Positions 27,223-39,666 are shown, counted from the stretch's first letter. The stretch: 64,000 bases of DNA from Octopus bimaculoides (GCF_001194135.2 NC_068992.1:19149618-19213617), one strand, 5' to 3'. The notes: generated from the sequence alone by a model not told the origin. Program-made: numbers and translations.

Positions 27223-27934
27223 TGGTTTTAGAAAATATTCCAGGAACTGAAATGTGAAAGTGTTTCAATTTGGACTTTAAAATAAATAGAGAAATCTTAT
27301 ATGTAAAACAAATTAGAGTGAGTAGATGTGTATAAAAAAAAAAAAAAATTGGAATTCAATAAATTTACGATTTGTCTCCTGTAACAAATATAAAGCTCCA
27401 TAAGAAAAAAGGTTAAATTTGTGTTAGAATAATTGACTAATATATAGGACATTTAAATATATTGGTTCTTTATAAATAAAGAACACAAACGATGATATTG
27501 TGTGATGAACATTGCTTAGATTATCTTATAAGCGATGTAATGATATTTATAATGATATCTAATTAGAGAAAGATATCACTGAATGTGTAAGAGAATGATA
27601 TTAACTATTGTATTTTGTTTTAAATATCTGTCTAAACCAAAACTATGAACAGTAAAATTAACTATGCATTTTGTTTGTTCTTGGGTGGTTATAGTCAATC
27701 TCTAAATGTAGTCGGCAGCATAACTGGTAGGGCGTCCCTGTATTTATGTACACCCTTTCATATTCTGATTTACAATTTAATTGGTGTTAGATTGCCTGAC
27801 ACTGTTCTCGGTTTTGAAACAAAATATACCCATGCAGCACTCTAGAAATAATCAATGTCTTTCGTACATTTCATGAAATTGTCATTTTTCCCCCTTATAC
27901 AATATTATTGCTAATTATTCCAAGAATGAGCCTT

Positions 27935-28375
27935 CCCTTCCGTAATCAATAAGTTGAATCCATTGCTATGCTGGAAACCCTTCCGTATGTCAGCAGGTGT
28001 CTCAGGGTCTCTTATCCTGTACACAGCACCTAACTGGATCAGTGAGGACTTAACTAGTCTTCACCTACGGAAGTGTTCTACTTGCGGTCTCTCAACAACC
28101 ATAACCACCTTGAGCTAATTTCAGCTGCATTGCCTTTCTTCTTGATGGCTTTCTTCAACTGTCTGTTTTCCAGACCTATCTCCAGCAGAAAGCAACACTA
28201 ATCTAGTTAGAAGGCCGAGGCTGCCGACTTCAATGAGGAAGGAGGCCGCATACCATCCCATGACAAGTGCCTCGTCGACTAAGCTCTAACTTTTCGTTTT
28301 CTTTACTTGGTGGGAATTACAGAATCTTTTCTCCCAGGAAACAAGAGTTCGACCACGAAGATTTGTTTTTGCATG
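27935..28375 (-). mobile_element. 3' fragment of an RLE-type non-LTR retrotransposon, HERO-like
   Basis: Frameshifted minus-strand translation QIFVVEL..WEKRFCNSHQVKKTKS*SLVDEALVMGWYAASFLIEVGSLG...CFLLEIGLENRQLKKAIKKKGNAAEISSRWLWLLRDRK* (stop at 28078-28080). It matches the HERO-clade C-terminal pattern ELTVPWEE...IEVGCRG...AE.ASRWLW and is followed by a 3' UTR. Confidence 0.75.
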
Positions 28376-29722
28376 CCAGGGGAGCAAGAACTTCTTGCAC
28401 GGCTTCTCCGTTGCCTCAATCCAAATCATAGCAAAACTGCAATGCAAAAATGGCAACTACAGACTGGGTATGAAGCAACAGTGGAAGCATCATACTTTGA
28501 ACCGCCCAAGTAGCTTGCATAACCGATATAAGCCAATATAAACAATTTATTCGTATTCATTAAAATTATGAGAATTTTACATCTAGTTAGTTTCGTTAAT
28601 ATTCTTTCGTTTGTGTCTATTTCTGCATGTTGATCTTATCGCATTAAAATTTGTGCAGTTGCTCGGAGATATTTATTCAGTGTTATATTGCACAGGCATG
28701 TATATGTTTCTTTTAAGGAAAAAAGTATTCAGAGACTTATCTTAGAGGTGATTTATATATTATACATATTTGTGTTGATATTCACCATATCTACGCAGGC
28801 CCATATATATATATTGGGCAATATTTATTATTCATTTATATATCTTCCCCATATCTCGGTATTAATGGATAAACATTTTGATGTTTTTATCACCTATACC
28901 AGTATCCCTTTCACTTAAGAGATGAAAGCGTATATCTAAAATATTTCTATGTCTTTGAGTTTTGCATTATTAGGTATGATAGATTTTGAATAGGTTATTT
29001 ATGTATCAAAGGTACATATAAAGCTTTGAAAAACCTTAAAATTTCAGTTTGTTTCACCTTTTTATATACGAAAAAATCTGATATTTTAGCCGAGATATAT
29101 TTATCGACAATCCGAGATTATGTATTTAGAAATTACTCGGTGGGAATACGAACTGAATTTCTGTTCTGCAGCGCTACAGATATATTCGTTTTGATTTTTC
29201 ACGTATAGCAGGTGATGGCATAACAGAATATTTGTAAACAACCTCAAGGTTTATCAACGTTCTCGTGTTTCCTACAACATACGCAAACAACGTTTCTACA
29301 CTTCAAGAAAATATATTGAATGAAGTTATAATAGTTTCCTTGTATCTACGAATATATGAAAATGCATATCGATATATAATTTCGCTTTCAAGATAAAAAA
29401 AAAAATGCATACATTCAAGAAGAGATACGTATATTTATGTAAACAGAATGATCTTAATGTGGTTGGACTGAGCCGTTTGTGATTTCCTTTTGAAGGTCAT
29501 GAAAATGACTACGTGAAAAAATAAGAAAGTAGCATACACTATTATTTCACTGAAAGGCGGTTGTACTTTTCCGGCGAACTTTGTTCATATCAGCCTTTAC
29601 TATACAATACTTCTCAATAATTATCGTAACACTCAACTATTTTGTATAGTGGAAGTCATAGCAATGTATATATAGGGAGCTTAGCTGAATTTCTACTTCC
29701 CAGTGTATAAATGCATATATTT

Positions 29723-29836
<114 letters not shown>

Positions 29837-30443
29837 ATATTATTTAATTGAAATTCCAAGTCAGTTTATCTTCACCTTGTTGATGCCACTTCTACTCTGT
29901 ACTGTTTTCTTCCCCCGTCCTCCTCTAATTCCCTTTTCTCTCCCCCCTTACATCACTGTTTTCTATCTGGCTCTCTTTGTGCCTCTTTCTCTTTTTCTCT
30001 CTTCCTCCCTTCTTTCTTTTTTCCTCTCTCACTCTTTGCTCACACGTGACCATCGACCATCTTTCTTTTCCTCACTTGGCCATCTTTCTTTCCCTGCAAG
30101 GACGTTTAAACAACCGGGTTGTTTTTTTCTTTCTATCTTCTATCTTTTGTCTTTTCAGACAAAAAATATTTCTCCCAGCGTTCACTATTTTCATCTCGTT
30201 CTGGTCTAACCATCCTCCGTGTTTGTTTTCGTTCGATTTCCTTGTATGACTCCACTGTCAGTCTTTTGTTCCCAACTTTGACCCTCTATAAATCCTAAAT
30301 TTTATTTTATAATTTATTGCAGCAACTGTCTTTGAAGACTCATGTTGTCGTTGAATGCTCGAAATGAGGATCAGATAGACAACCGACAAATGATAAAGGG
30401 AATTCTCTCCATGTTAACCTTTCCTGTTTTCCATGTTTTACTC

Positions 30444-30498
30444 GTTTACGTATTTCCTTCGTTTGTTTACGTATTTCCTTCGTTTGCTTACGTATTTC
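30444..30498. repeat. 21-bp tandem repeat, about 2.6 copies (GTTTACGTATTTCCTTCGTTT)
   Basis: Units at 30444-30464 and 30465-30485, with a partial unit at 30486-30498. Confidence 0.9.
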
Positions 30499-30624
30499 AT
30501 GTTATTAGCACCGTTGGTCATATCTTTTACCCATATATGCACGTATATATATATTATGTATTATTCATTATTTATTATTTAACTGAACGTGACGGAACTG
30601 TTTCCAAGTAAGTTTATACGTATA

Positions 30625-30671
<47 letters not shown>

Positions 30672-30728
30672 NNNNNNNNNNNNNNNNNNNNNNNNNNNNN
30701 NNNNNNNNNNNNNNNNNNNNNNNNNNNN

Positions 30729-30766
<38 letters not shown>

Positions 30767-30804
30767 CTGTGTGTGCCTGTGTGTGTGTGTGTCTGTCTGT
30801 CTGT

Positions 30805-30846
<42 letters not shown>

Positions 30847-30959
30847 ATGTGTGTGTGTGTGTATGGCGGGGTGTATACTGAATGTCATTCGGAACTAATG
30901 ATGTTTCCGTCTCTTGTGACGCGCAAACACGAAAGAAACTAGATTTAGCAATCTATCGA

Positions 30960-31445
30960 CGCTACTGAATGATTTTCGTTTCCTACTGGCATTCTTCTCT
31001 GCTTTACGGTGTTATACGTCTATATGAAATGCTTTCTCGAGTCTAATACCGAAGTGGTGTGATTTTGCACAGTATATCCTCATTGAGGAAGATACACTGA
31101 ATGCTCTCCCGTACACAGATTCCTGTGACACTGTCACCATTCAATTCTATTTGAAGTGACAGCTTGCATCGTGGTGAGCCTTACGTTAGCTTCATACGCA
31201 AACCTAGATACCGCCCCTGTCGACGCATTGCAGTCTCTATCTTGATAGGGTTCAATAAACCTGACCGTTGGCCTTGGATTCTCCAATCAGCGTCAATGTT
31301 GGCTCAGCTGAGCTCTCCCAACACCCCTTCACAATCTGCCTTGCTGCAGTCCCATGAGGTCGCGGTATCCTTGGTGGGGTGACTGAACGGGTGATATGCC
31401 TTGCCAAAACGTAACCCCAAACTATAGAGAGTACGGTGGTCACTC
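30960..31445 (-). mobile_element. Probable LINE 5' UTR remnant (RTE-like), unverified
   Basis: GC-elevated block. The minus strand ends ...AAGAATGCCAGTAGGAAACGAAAATCATTCAGTAGCG, resembling the lead-in to an APE endonuclease start (I.VATWNV), but no intact motif is seen. Confidence 0.3.
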
Positions 31446-32270
31446 TGATATATTTTCAAAATATCTGCATACCCTCACCAAATACTATATTGAAATTATA
31501 CTGAATCTTTTGCTAAAAACAGATTAATTAATTAATTAGGAGGTTCTTATGGAATAGATGTTTTTGTAATAGATTTTTAAATGAATGCAAATATATAAAT
31601 ATGTATTTATTGTTATTTAGTGAAAATTATTCAACTGTTGAATCAGGAAGGACTCTTTAGATTTCTAAGTTAATGAATAGATAAATTATTATTATGCAAT
31701 AAAAGAAATAATTTTCTTAATTGAATGATAATAGAGCAAATAAACAATTAAATGATAAAGTAATTAAATCGGGAATGCAAATAAAATTATTATATGCATA
31801 AATTAATAGAAAATAAAACTACCAGTGCGTTCTAAGTGAATAATTATAATTGCTATTATTGTTATTTAGTAAATAACTACTGAACCATTAAATGAAGAAT
31901 AACTCAATAAGTTTTAAGTTGATATCACTAAGTTAATAAATATTAATAATACAACACGTAAATAAGGAATAACGTTCTTGACTAAGTGGAGGAAAACCAT
32001 ACTGATGTTAGCAATTAACAAATAATTAAATCAGAAGAAACATCGTAAGTTGACAGGAAAAGGAAAAGAAAGCGTTACAGGGAAGCGTGGTTTTTAAGTT
32101 CTTAATTATAGAGGCGAAAACTTATTTTAGATGTCATAAATGCGAAAAAAAAAATGTAATAAAAATTTTAATTTTTAAAGTTTATTAAACTGGCATAACA
32201 CCTATTGTTAAAATTGCTAAGGATATGGTGTAACCATTTATTGATAATGACAAGAGGAACAAAGACAAAG

Positions 32271-32329
<59 letters not shown>

Positions 32330-32363
32330 AAGAAGAAGAAGAAGGAGGAGGAGGAGGAGAAGG
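32271..32363. repeat. Compound microsatellite (TAA)n(GAA)n(GGA)n running into a gap
   Basis: Direct inspection. Confidence 0.95.
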
Positions 32364-33767
32364 NNNNNNNNNNNNNNNNNNNNNNNNNNNNNNNNNNNNN
32401 NNNNNNNNNNNNNNNNNNNNNNNNNNNNNNNNNNNNNNNNNNNNNNNNNNNNNNNNNNNNNNNNNNNNNNNNNNNNNNNNNNNNNNNNNNNNNNNNNNNN
32501 NNNNNNNNNNNNNNNNNNNNNNNNNNNNNNNNNNNNNNNNNNNNNNNNNNNNNNNNNNNNNNNNNNNNNNNNNNNNNNNNNNNNNNNNNNNNNNNNNNNN
32601 NNNNNNNNNNNNNNNNNNNNNNNNNNNNNNNNNNNNNNNNNNNNNNNNNNNNNNNNNNNNNNNNNNNNNNNNNNNNNNNNNNNNNNNNNNNNNNNNNNNN
32701 NNNNNNNNNNNNNNNNNNNNNNNNNNNNNNNNNNNNNNNNNNNNNNNNNNNNNNNNNNNNNNNNNNNNNNNNNNNNNNNNNNNNNNNNNNNNNNNNNNNT
32801 ATATATATTATATATATATATATTGAAAAAAAGTCGTCAGAATTATGGAATAACTTCTTTCATTTATTTTGTACATATATTAGCGCTTTCGTTCGTGTTT
32901 CGAACTTGTCAAATATAATTTTGTGAAAATACAGAGATCTTGCTTATTTATATAAAACAGGTGTATTTTGGGGTTTTGTTTATAACAGAACATTGTTTTG
33001 TTGTTTTTTTTTTGTTTTTTGGGGGTGAGGCTTTGGAGACAATGGAAGATGTATAAGCAGATAGATAGATAGATAGACAGGCAGATAGAGGGATAGATAG
33101 ATAGATAGATAGATTGATAGTCGACAGATAGAGAGCTGGATGTGGTAAAAGAGAGAGAGAAGGGCCATTGTATTGAATGGTCTTTTTAAGGGGTGTCAAA
33201 TAAATAAATAAGGGTAAAAACGTGTTTACTACTTACTCTATTGTTTCGAGAGGGTGACTAGGGATGGTAAGAGAAGGAAGAAAAGAAAAAGAAAGAAGAG
33301 AGAAGAAAAAATAGAGAATAATACATAGAAAATATAAATAATACAACAAATGTCTTCCTGATTTTTCTTTGTTTTTTAGTTCTTTGTTTTTATATTCTTT
33401 GTCCTTTCTTTTTATATACATTGAGTCCTATTTAGAATATATTCCTGTCATACATTCATTTATTTATTTATTTTTGGTAAGGTGTAGTTCTGCATGAGTG
33501 TATGTTTATATAATATTTGTAAATTTGAAAAATCAAATTAGTNNNNNNNNNNNNNNNNNNNNNNNNNNNNNNNNNNNNNNNNNNNNNNNNNNNNNNNNNN
33601 NNNNNNNNNNNNNNNNNNNNNNNNNNNNNNNNNNNNNNNNNNNNNNNNNNNNNNNNNNNNNNNNNNNNNNNNNNNNNNNNNNNNNNNNNNNNNNNNNNNN
33701 NNNNNNNNNNNNNNNNNNNNNNNNNNNNNNNNNNNNNNNNNNNNNNNNNNNNNNNNNNNNNNNNNNN

Positions 33768-33811
<44 letters not shown>

Positions 33812-33820
33812 CACACACGC

Positions 33821-34020
33821 TAGATGGCAAGCTGACAGAATCGTTAGCAGGCCGGGCGAAATGCTTACCGGCATTTCGTCCTTCCTTCGTTCTGAGTTCA
33901 AATACCACCGTAGTCGACTTTGCTCCCGCGTCATTTTGGGGTGCGAAGTCGATATGCTAAGCACCAGGTCAGTTCTGGAGTCGATGTAATCGACTTGTCC
34001 CCGAAATTGCTGGTCTTGTT
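33821..34020 (+). mobile_element. SINE family A
   Basis: GATGGCAAGCTGACAGAATCGTTAGCAGGCCGGGCGAAATGCTT...CTGAGTTCAAAT...GTCGATGTAATCGACTT...GAAATTGCTGGTCTTG. Confidence 0.9.
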
Positions 34021-34149
34021 GATTTTCCTAACTTTCAAACTGATATTAAGGTTTACACAGTCACCTTGATTTCTTTCCATCACATCTCTTGCAAACAACT
34101 TGCGTATGCAAGTGCTACCAGTCAAGAACTGTACATACCAGAAGCCAGC

Positions 34150-34236
34150 AAGTGTATGTTGTCAACAGGAGAGAATCTGCGCCGTTTCGGGGCCTACCTC
34201 TCGGCGCGCATTCTCTCCTGACGACCCTATACACTT
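34150..34236 (-). ncRNA. Candidate pri-/pre-microRNA hairpin
   Basis: 35-position stem with no bulges (plus-strand i pairs with 68386-i), 28 Watson-Crick pairs and a 17-nt loop (34185-34201). On the minus strand there is a basal UG at 34238-34237 and a CNNC (CUUC) at 34144-34141. No expression data. Confidence 0.5.
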
Positions 34237-34392
34237 CAAGCTGTAGTCGCAACACTTATATTCAGATATAAAACTTTAATTTCCGAAAGCTAGTTTTTAA
34301 GAAACATTAATCAATTTTTAACCAAATTCATCGACTTTACTTCAACGAGTCAGTCTTTAATGATTAAAGCGATTATGACTAACATAGACAGC

Positions 34393-35363
34393 TTAAGTCT
34401 TCTTCTGTGACATTGCACGGTCTCTTACTAAATAGTTTAAATCTTCTTCCTTAAATAAGCGTGGCTCATTTTTGTTTTTGTTTTTAGAATCAACTACGTA
34501 CGCTTCATCGATAGGGGAATCAGGGGGTTTATCATGTGACGTATCAAAGTCTTCAAGTGAATCATGTGAGAGTGGAACTAGGACAGGGTTCTCGAAGTCA
34601 AGTAGGACCGGCTTTAGAGCCGACTTACAATCTGCATACACAATTTTTGCTTTGGTCTTCTTTGAGAAACCACTAATATTAGTCATGCAAAAGTAACAAT
34701 CAGAGACATAATTCGTTGGCTCACGCCATACTATTGGTACAGCAAAAGTCATTCTCTTCCATTTTCCATTCAGCCACTGTGTAAGCTCTGAGTAACACAC
34801 GGTGCAGCATATATGAAGCGTCCACCTCCTGTCTTAGTCCCCAACTGTTACACCCGAAATAATTTGTAGTTTTTAATTTGGTGGCAATGTTCTTCCGCTG
34901 GTCACGCGGAGCAAATTTTCCACAAACATAACAAAAGTTATCTGGGGGATTCACACAGATTCTCCTATTCATGATCTAACACAATGAACACAATTAAATC
35001 AGCAATCATGCAGAGCGAGAGATACACATACCACAGGCGTCGGCAGCGCAAACGACATTGAAAGTTACCAAGAACAAACTGACGTATTTGGCGGTTGCAC
35101 ACAAAACGCCAGCGCCATCTATTGCTAAGCTAAATACTGAACCTTCTCATCGTTTGCTTTATTGCTGTTATTTCTTTAACCTTGAACTAAGACCGCTTTC
35201 ATTTTAGCAAATTTTACATTACGGACTTTATCTATCCGAAAGTATAGTTAAAATATGGCGCATCCGCATTATTCAAAATCCTGACATACTAGAACAATTT
35301 TGAATACAGATTCGGAACCAGAATCCTCGATTTAGTCTAAAACACATGTTTTTAATCCAGTAG
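34393..35363 (-). mobile_element. 5' fragment of a CMC/Chapaev3-like DNA transposon
   Basis: Frameshifted transposase N-terminus MNRRICVNPPDNFCYVCG...YFGC plus WLNG...FAVPIVWREPTNYVSDCYFCMTNISGFSKKTK...LFKEEDLNYLVRD (ORFs 34721..34972 and 34393..34800). This cysteine-rich pattern is typical of Chapaev3 transposases. A putative terminus ...CAGATTCGGA...TTAGTCTAAAACAC...CCAGTAG lies at about 35306-35363. The catalytic region is absent. Confidence 0.75.
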
Positions 35364-36358
35364 CAGAATCTTTATTGTTGTCCAGTGTTATCAGAAGATC
35401 CTTCGCAAAGTGCGGTGCAGAATACATCGACGCAGAAAATGCTGTCAGCAAAAATAGATACGATAAAATATATAGAGAAAAGGTATGGTTTGTCTGTAAA
35501 ATTCCCCTACACGTACACACACATACACACTCTCTCTGAACACGTCCAGCACTAGTGAGTTAATCTAGGAAACAGATCTACTTGACCGTCACCAATAGCG
35601 AAAACGGACGTACAATGGAAGTGGATACCTTTTTATGTTTTGTTTTGTTTTGAGAATCTCATTTCCCATAACGAATTTAAGCAATCTGAACGATAATGTA
35701 CAATATATATATATATATATATATANNNNNNNNNNNNNNNNNNNNNNNNNNNNNNNNNNNNNNNNNNNNNNNNNNNNNNNNNNNNNNNNNNNNNNNNNNN
35801 NNNNNNNNNNNNNNNNNNNNNNNNNNNNNNNNNNNNNNNNNNNNNNNNNNNNNNNNNNNNNNNNNNNNNNNNNNNNNNNNNNNNNNNNNNNNNNNNNNNN
35901 NNNNNNNNNNNNNNNNNNNNNNNNNNNNNNNNNNNNNNNNNNNNNNNNNNNNNNNNNNNNNNNNNNNNNNNNNNNNNNNNNNNNNNNNNNNNNNNNNNNN
36001 NNNNNNNNNNNNNNNNNNNNNNNNNNNNNNNNNNNNNNNNNNNNNNNNNNNNNNNNNNNNNNNNNNNNNNNNNNNNNNNNNNNNNNNNNNNNNNNNNNNN
36101 NNNNNNNNNNNNNNNNNNNNNNNNNNNNNNNNNNNNNNNNNNNNNNNNNNNNNNNNNNNNNNNNNNNNNNNNNNNNNNNNNNNNNNNNNNNNNNNNNNNN
36201 NNNNNNNNNNNNNNNNNNNNNNNNNNNNNNNNNNNNNNNNNNNNNNNNNNNNNNNNNNNNNNNNNNNNNNNNNNNTATATGTTCATATATTCATGTTCAT
36301 ATATTCATATATATAAATATACATGAATTTATATATATTCATTTGCATGTGGCTGTCT

Positions 36359-36398
<40 letters not shown>

Positions 36399-37360
36399 CA
36401 TGCATGTATACGTTTGTTTGCTTGTTTGTTTTTGTGTCCATGTATTTCTGTGAGTGCTTAAATACGTGTAGTTTGTCCAATCAAAGACAGTGATAGCCAC
36501 ATTATCTGAATATATATGTATGTGTACATGGGCGAATGTGTATTTGTATATGGTGTCTGGGTGTATGGCATTTGACATAACTAACTTAAGAATACATAAC
36601 TAACTTCAGACTATATTCTTATATCAGCAGACATTTTATTAACAGCAAAACCGCATAGGTAGCAGGTGGAAAAAATGATAGAACATTCAAGTCAGCTGAA
36701 AATGATATAAACTAAGAGAATTGTTGTGTTTGTTACATATATCATTTCATTTCAACAGACTTGACGCCGAAGTTAAATACATTGTCCTCAGGATATAAGA
36801 AGAACAGTAACTTACATTTGATTTTTTTAATTATAGGTAATTATGACAAATATCTGAAATATATACATACGTAAATTTTTAAAAATGATAAACAAGAAAC
36901 AACAAGACAAGTTGCTAAAGTAATGACATCAAGACTTCGTACTTCTAGACAGATGTAGACTAAAAATAAATAACACAAGAAGCAGACCATATTTTGTACT
37001 GATATTTTCATAATTTACAGTGTTTGTTGTTTGAGAGGCATTATTAATAATGTCATTCATATATAATCTACAGACACAATATTTAAATCAGCATATATTA
37101 TCTCCCACATATCTTGTTGCCTTGAGTCAATGTTAGAAATCATTATATAGAGGTCTGTACTTTTTTGGTACGTTTACACGAGAGTGATGAATAAACGTCA
37201 CTGAAGACAACAAGTATATCATTATTTAGTTACATTCTTTCACGTTGTAATTTTCAACCACACTAGGGCAACTGTAATTTACATCTTTTTGTGGGGCTAT
37301 CGATAAAATTTGGTGCCTGGAATCAATTTCAACTTTTGCAGACGTATATTATATGTTGTA

Positions 37361-37736
37361 TTGTTGGCACTCCGTCGCTTACGATGTCGAAGGTTCCAGT
37401 TGATGCAATCAACGGAACAGCCTGCTCGTGAAATTAACGTGCAAGTAGCAGAGCACTCCACAGACACGTGTACCCTTAACGTAGTTCTCGGGGATATTCA
37501 GCGTAACACAGTGTGACAAGGCTGACCCTTTGAATTACAGGCACGACAGAAACAGGAAGTAAGAGTAAATTGTGGTGGAAGAGTACAGCAAGGTTCGTCA
37601 CCATCCCCTGCCGGAGCCTCGTGGAGCTTTAGGTGTTTTCGCTCAATAAACACTCACAACGCCCGGTCTGGGAATCGAAACCGCGATCCTATGACTGCGA
37701 ATCCTCTGCCCTAACCACTGGGCCATTGCGCCTCCA
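37361..37736 (-). mobile_element. tRNA-derived SINE, family B (near full length)
   Basis: Minus-strand head TGGAGGCGCAATGGCCCAGTGGTTAGGGCAG...GGTTTCGATTCCC (A and B boxes) and tail ...GCGACGGAGTGCCAACAA. Highly similar to the copies at 39311 and 49971. Confidence 0.95.
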
Positions 37737-39310
37737 CATATGTTGTATTTTGCACATGTTTACTCTATTTCTTTTGGAAAGCGGATATATCCACTCAGAA
37801 CTGCGCAAAGCAGATATATCCACCTCGCCCTTAACTACAGGAAGTAGTTTTATATACAAGCTATCTCGAATATAAATATATTTTTCTCGAGTTATAGTAT
37901 ATTGGTAGATATTTAACATCGTTATTGTAATAACCATGAAATTTTAATTTCACAGTTAAAGGGTTAAATATCATTTGGCCCTTCATGTGTTAACGTTTTG
38001 GTACATAATGGAAAATATCCATAAGCATATTCAACGTTAACACATACTAAATGTCTAACCCAATATTTAGAGACGCTATAGCATTAATTCTGTTTGACGT
38101 GTCTATGGCTTCATATTTAAAGTGTTACTTTCGTTATAGAAGCTGTTTTGTGTCATTTCATCTGCAGTTATTAAAAATAGATGTACGGATATAATTTTAA
38201 ATATCCATGATGTTTTCATTGACCAGCATTTCGCCTTCCTTGAGATTCAAAATTATACATAAATGTTCCTACCAACTGTATAAGTACAATTAATTTTGTC
38301 TGATCTGGAGATGCACCATGCTATCTGGTTGACTATGCATCGCTGTAAAATCTATCGGTTCTCTCTATCGATAGCAAATATAGTTCTCTGTTGTTTTCTT
38401 TGTCCCCAATTTCTTATATTTCATGAAGGGTTAAGCAGGCTCTTCAACCATCTCTTCTTCATGGATAGCCTAAAGTTATACACTAAATATGATTCAGTTT
38501 CGGTTTCTCATTACTTTCAAATAAGGTAAAGAAATATCAACATATACTTCGTAATGAAAATTTGCAAAATACACATAGCTAAACGAAGCAAATTGTGAAG
38601 GAGAATTTCAATGGGGGAGGGAAACAATGCCCTTTTCTATGAAACCTTAAATAATAAAGCATAGTTAAAGGTAAAGCAGTGTCTGGATGATAAATTACAG
38701 CTTTCACGAAAAAGAACGGGAGTCAAAATAATGATTTCAGAATTCTTTGTTAATATTTGAAGCCCAACATGCAAACTGTCATTATATTTCATTGTTGGAG
38801 AACAACTTCTCTCAGACTCTGTGTTCGAGATACCGTTGTTTTGCTTTGATTGCGTCTCTGTGGGCAAAGTGACCACTGGGTCAATGTATTTAAACAACAG
38901 GAATGCTGGCTTTTGTTTATAGAGATCTAAAATGTCTTTTGCATAATATATATATATATATATATANNNNNNNNNNNNNNNNNNNNNNNNNNNNNNNNNN
39001 NNNNNNNNNNNNNNNNNNNNNNNNNNNNNNNNNNNNNNNNNNNNNNNNNNNNNNNNNNNNNNNNNNNNNNNNNNNNNNNNNNNNNNNNNNNNNNNNNNNN
39101 NNNNNNNNNNNNNNNNNNNNNNNNNNNNNNNNNNNNNNNNNNNNNNNNNNNNNNNNNNNNNNNNNNNNNNNNNNNNNNNNNNNNNNNNNNNNNNNNNNNN
39201 NNNNNNNNNNNNNNNNNNNNNNNNNNNNNNNNNNNNNNNNNNNNNNNNNNNNNNNNNNNNNNNNNNNNNNNNNNNNNNNNNNNNNNNNNNNNNNNNNNNN
39301 NNNNNNNNNN

Positions 39311-39666
39311 AGTGGACTGGCGGTCATAGGATCGCGGTTTCGATTCCCAGACTGGGCGTTGTGAGTGTTTATTGAGCGAAAAACACCTAAAGCTCCACGA
39401 GGCTCCGGCAGGGGATGGTGGCGAACCCTGCTGTACTCTTCCACCACAACTTTCTCTCACTCTTACTTCCTGTTTCTGTTGTACCTGTATTTCAAAGGGC
39501 CAGCCTTGTTACACTCTGTCACGCTGAATATCCCCGAGAACTGCGTTAAGAGTACACGTGTCTATGGAGTACTCAGCCACTTGCACGCTAATTTCACGAG
39601 CAGACTGTTCCGTTGATCGGATCAACTGGAACGCTCGACGTCGTAAGCGACGGAGTGCCAATAACA
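39311..39666 (+). mobile_element. SINE family B (head truncated by gap)
   Basis: GGATCGCGGTTTCGATTCCCAGAC...3' stem-loop GTTCCGTTGATCGGATCAACTGGAAC...GACGGAGTGCCAATAAC. Confidence 0.95.

Noticed and set aside
37680-37736. tRNA-like A/B boxes (also at 46439, 50280-50345 and 57900-57949)
   Set aside because: They are SINE heads continuing into SINE bodies, with no complete cloverleaf.
38637-38897. 86-aa minus-strand ORF (IDPVVTLPTETQSKQNNGISNTESERSCSPT...)
   Set aside because: It looks protein-like, but I recognise no domain, the start is non-ATG and the splice signals are weak. Not supportable without homology or RNA data.
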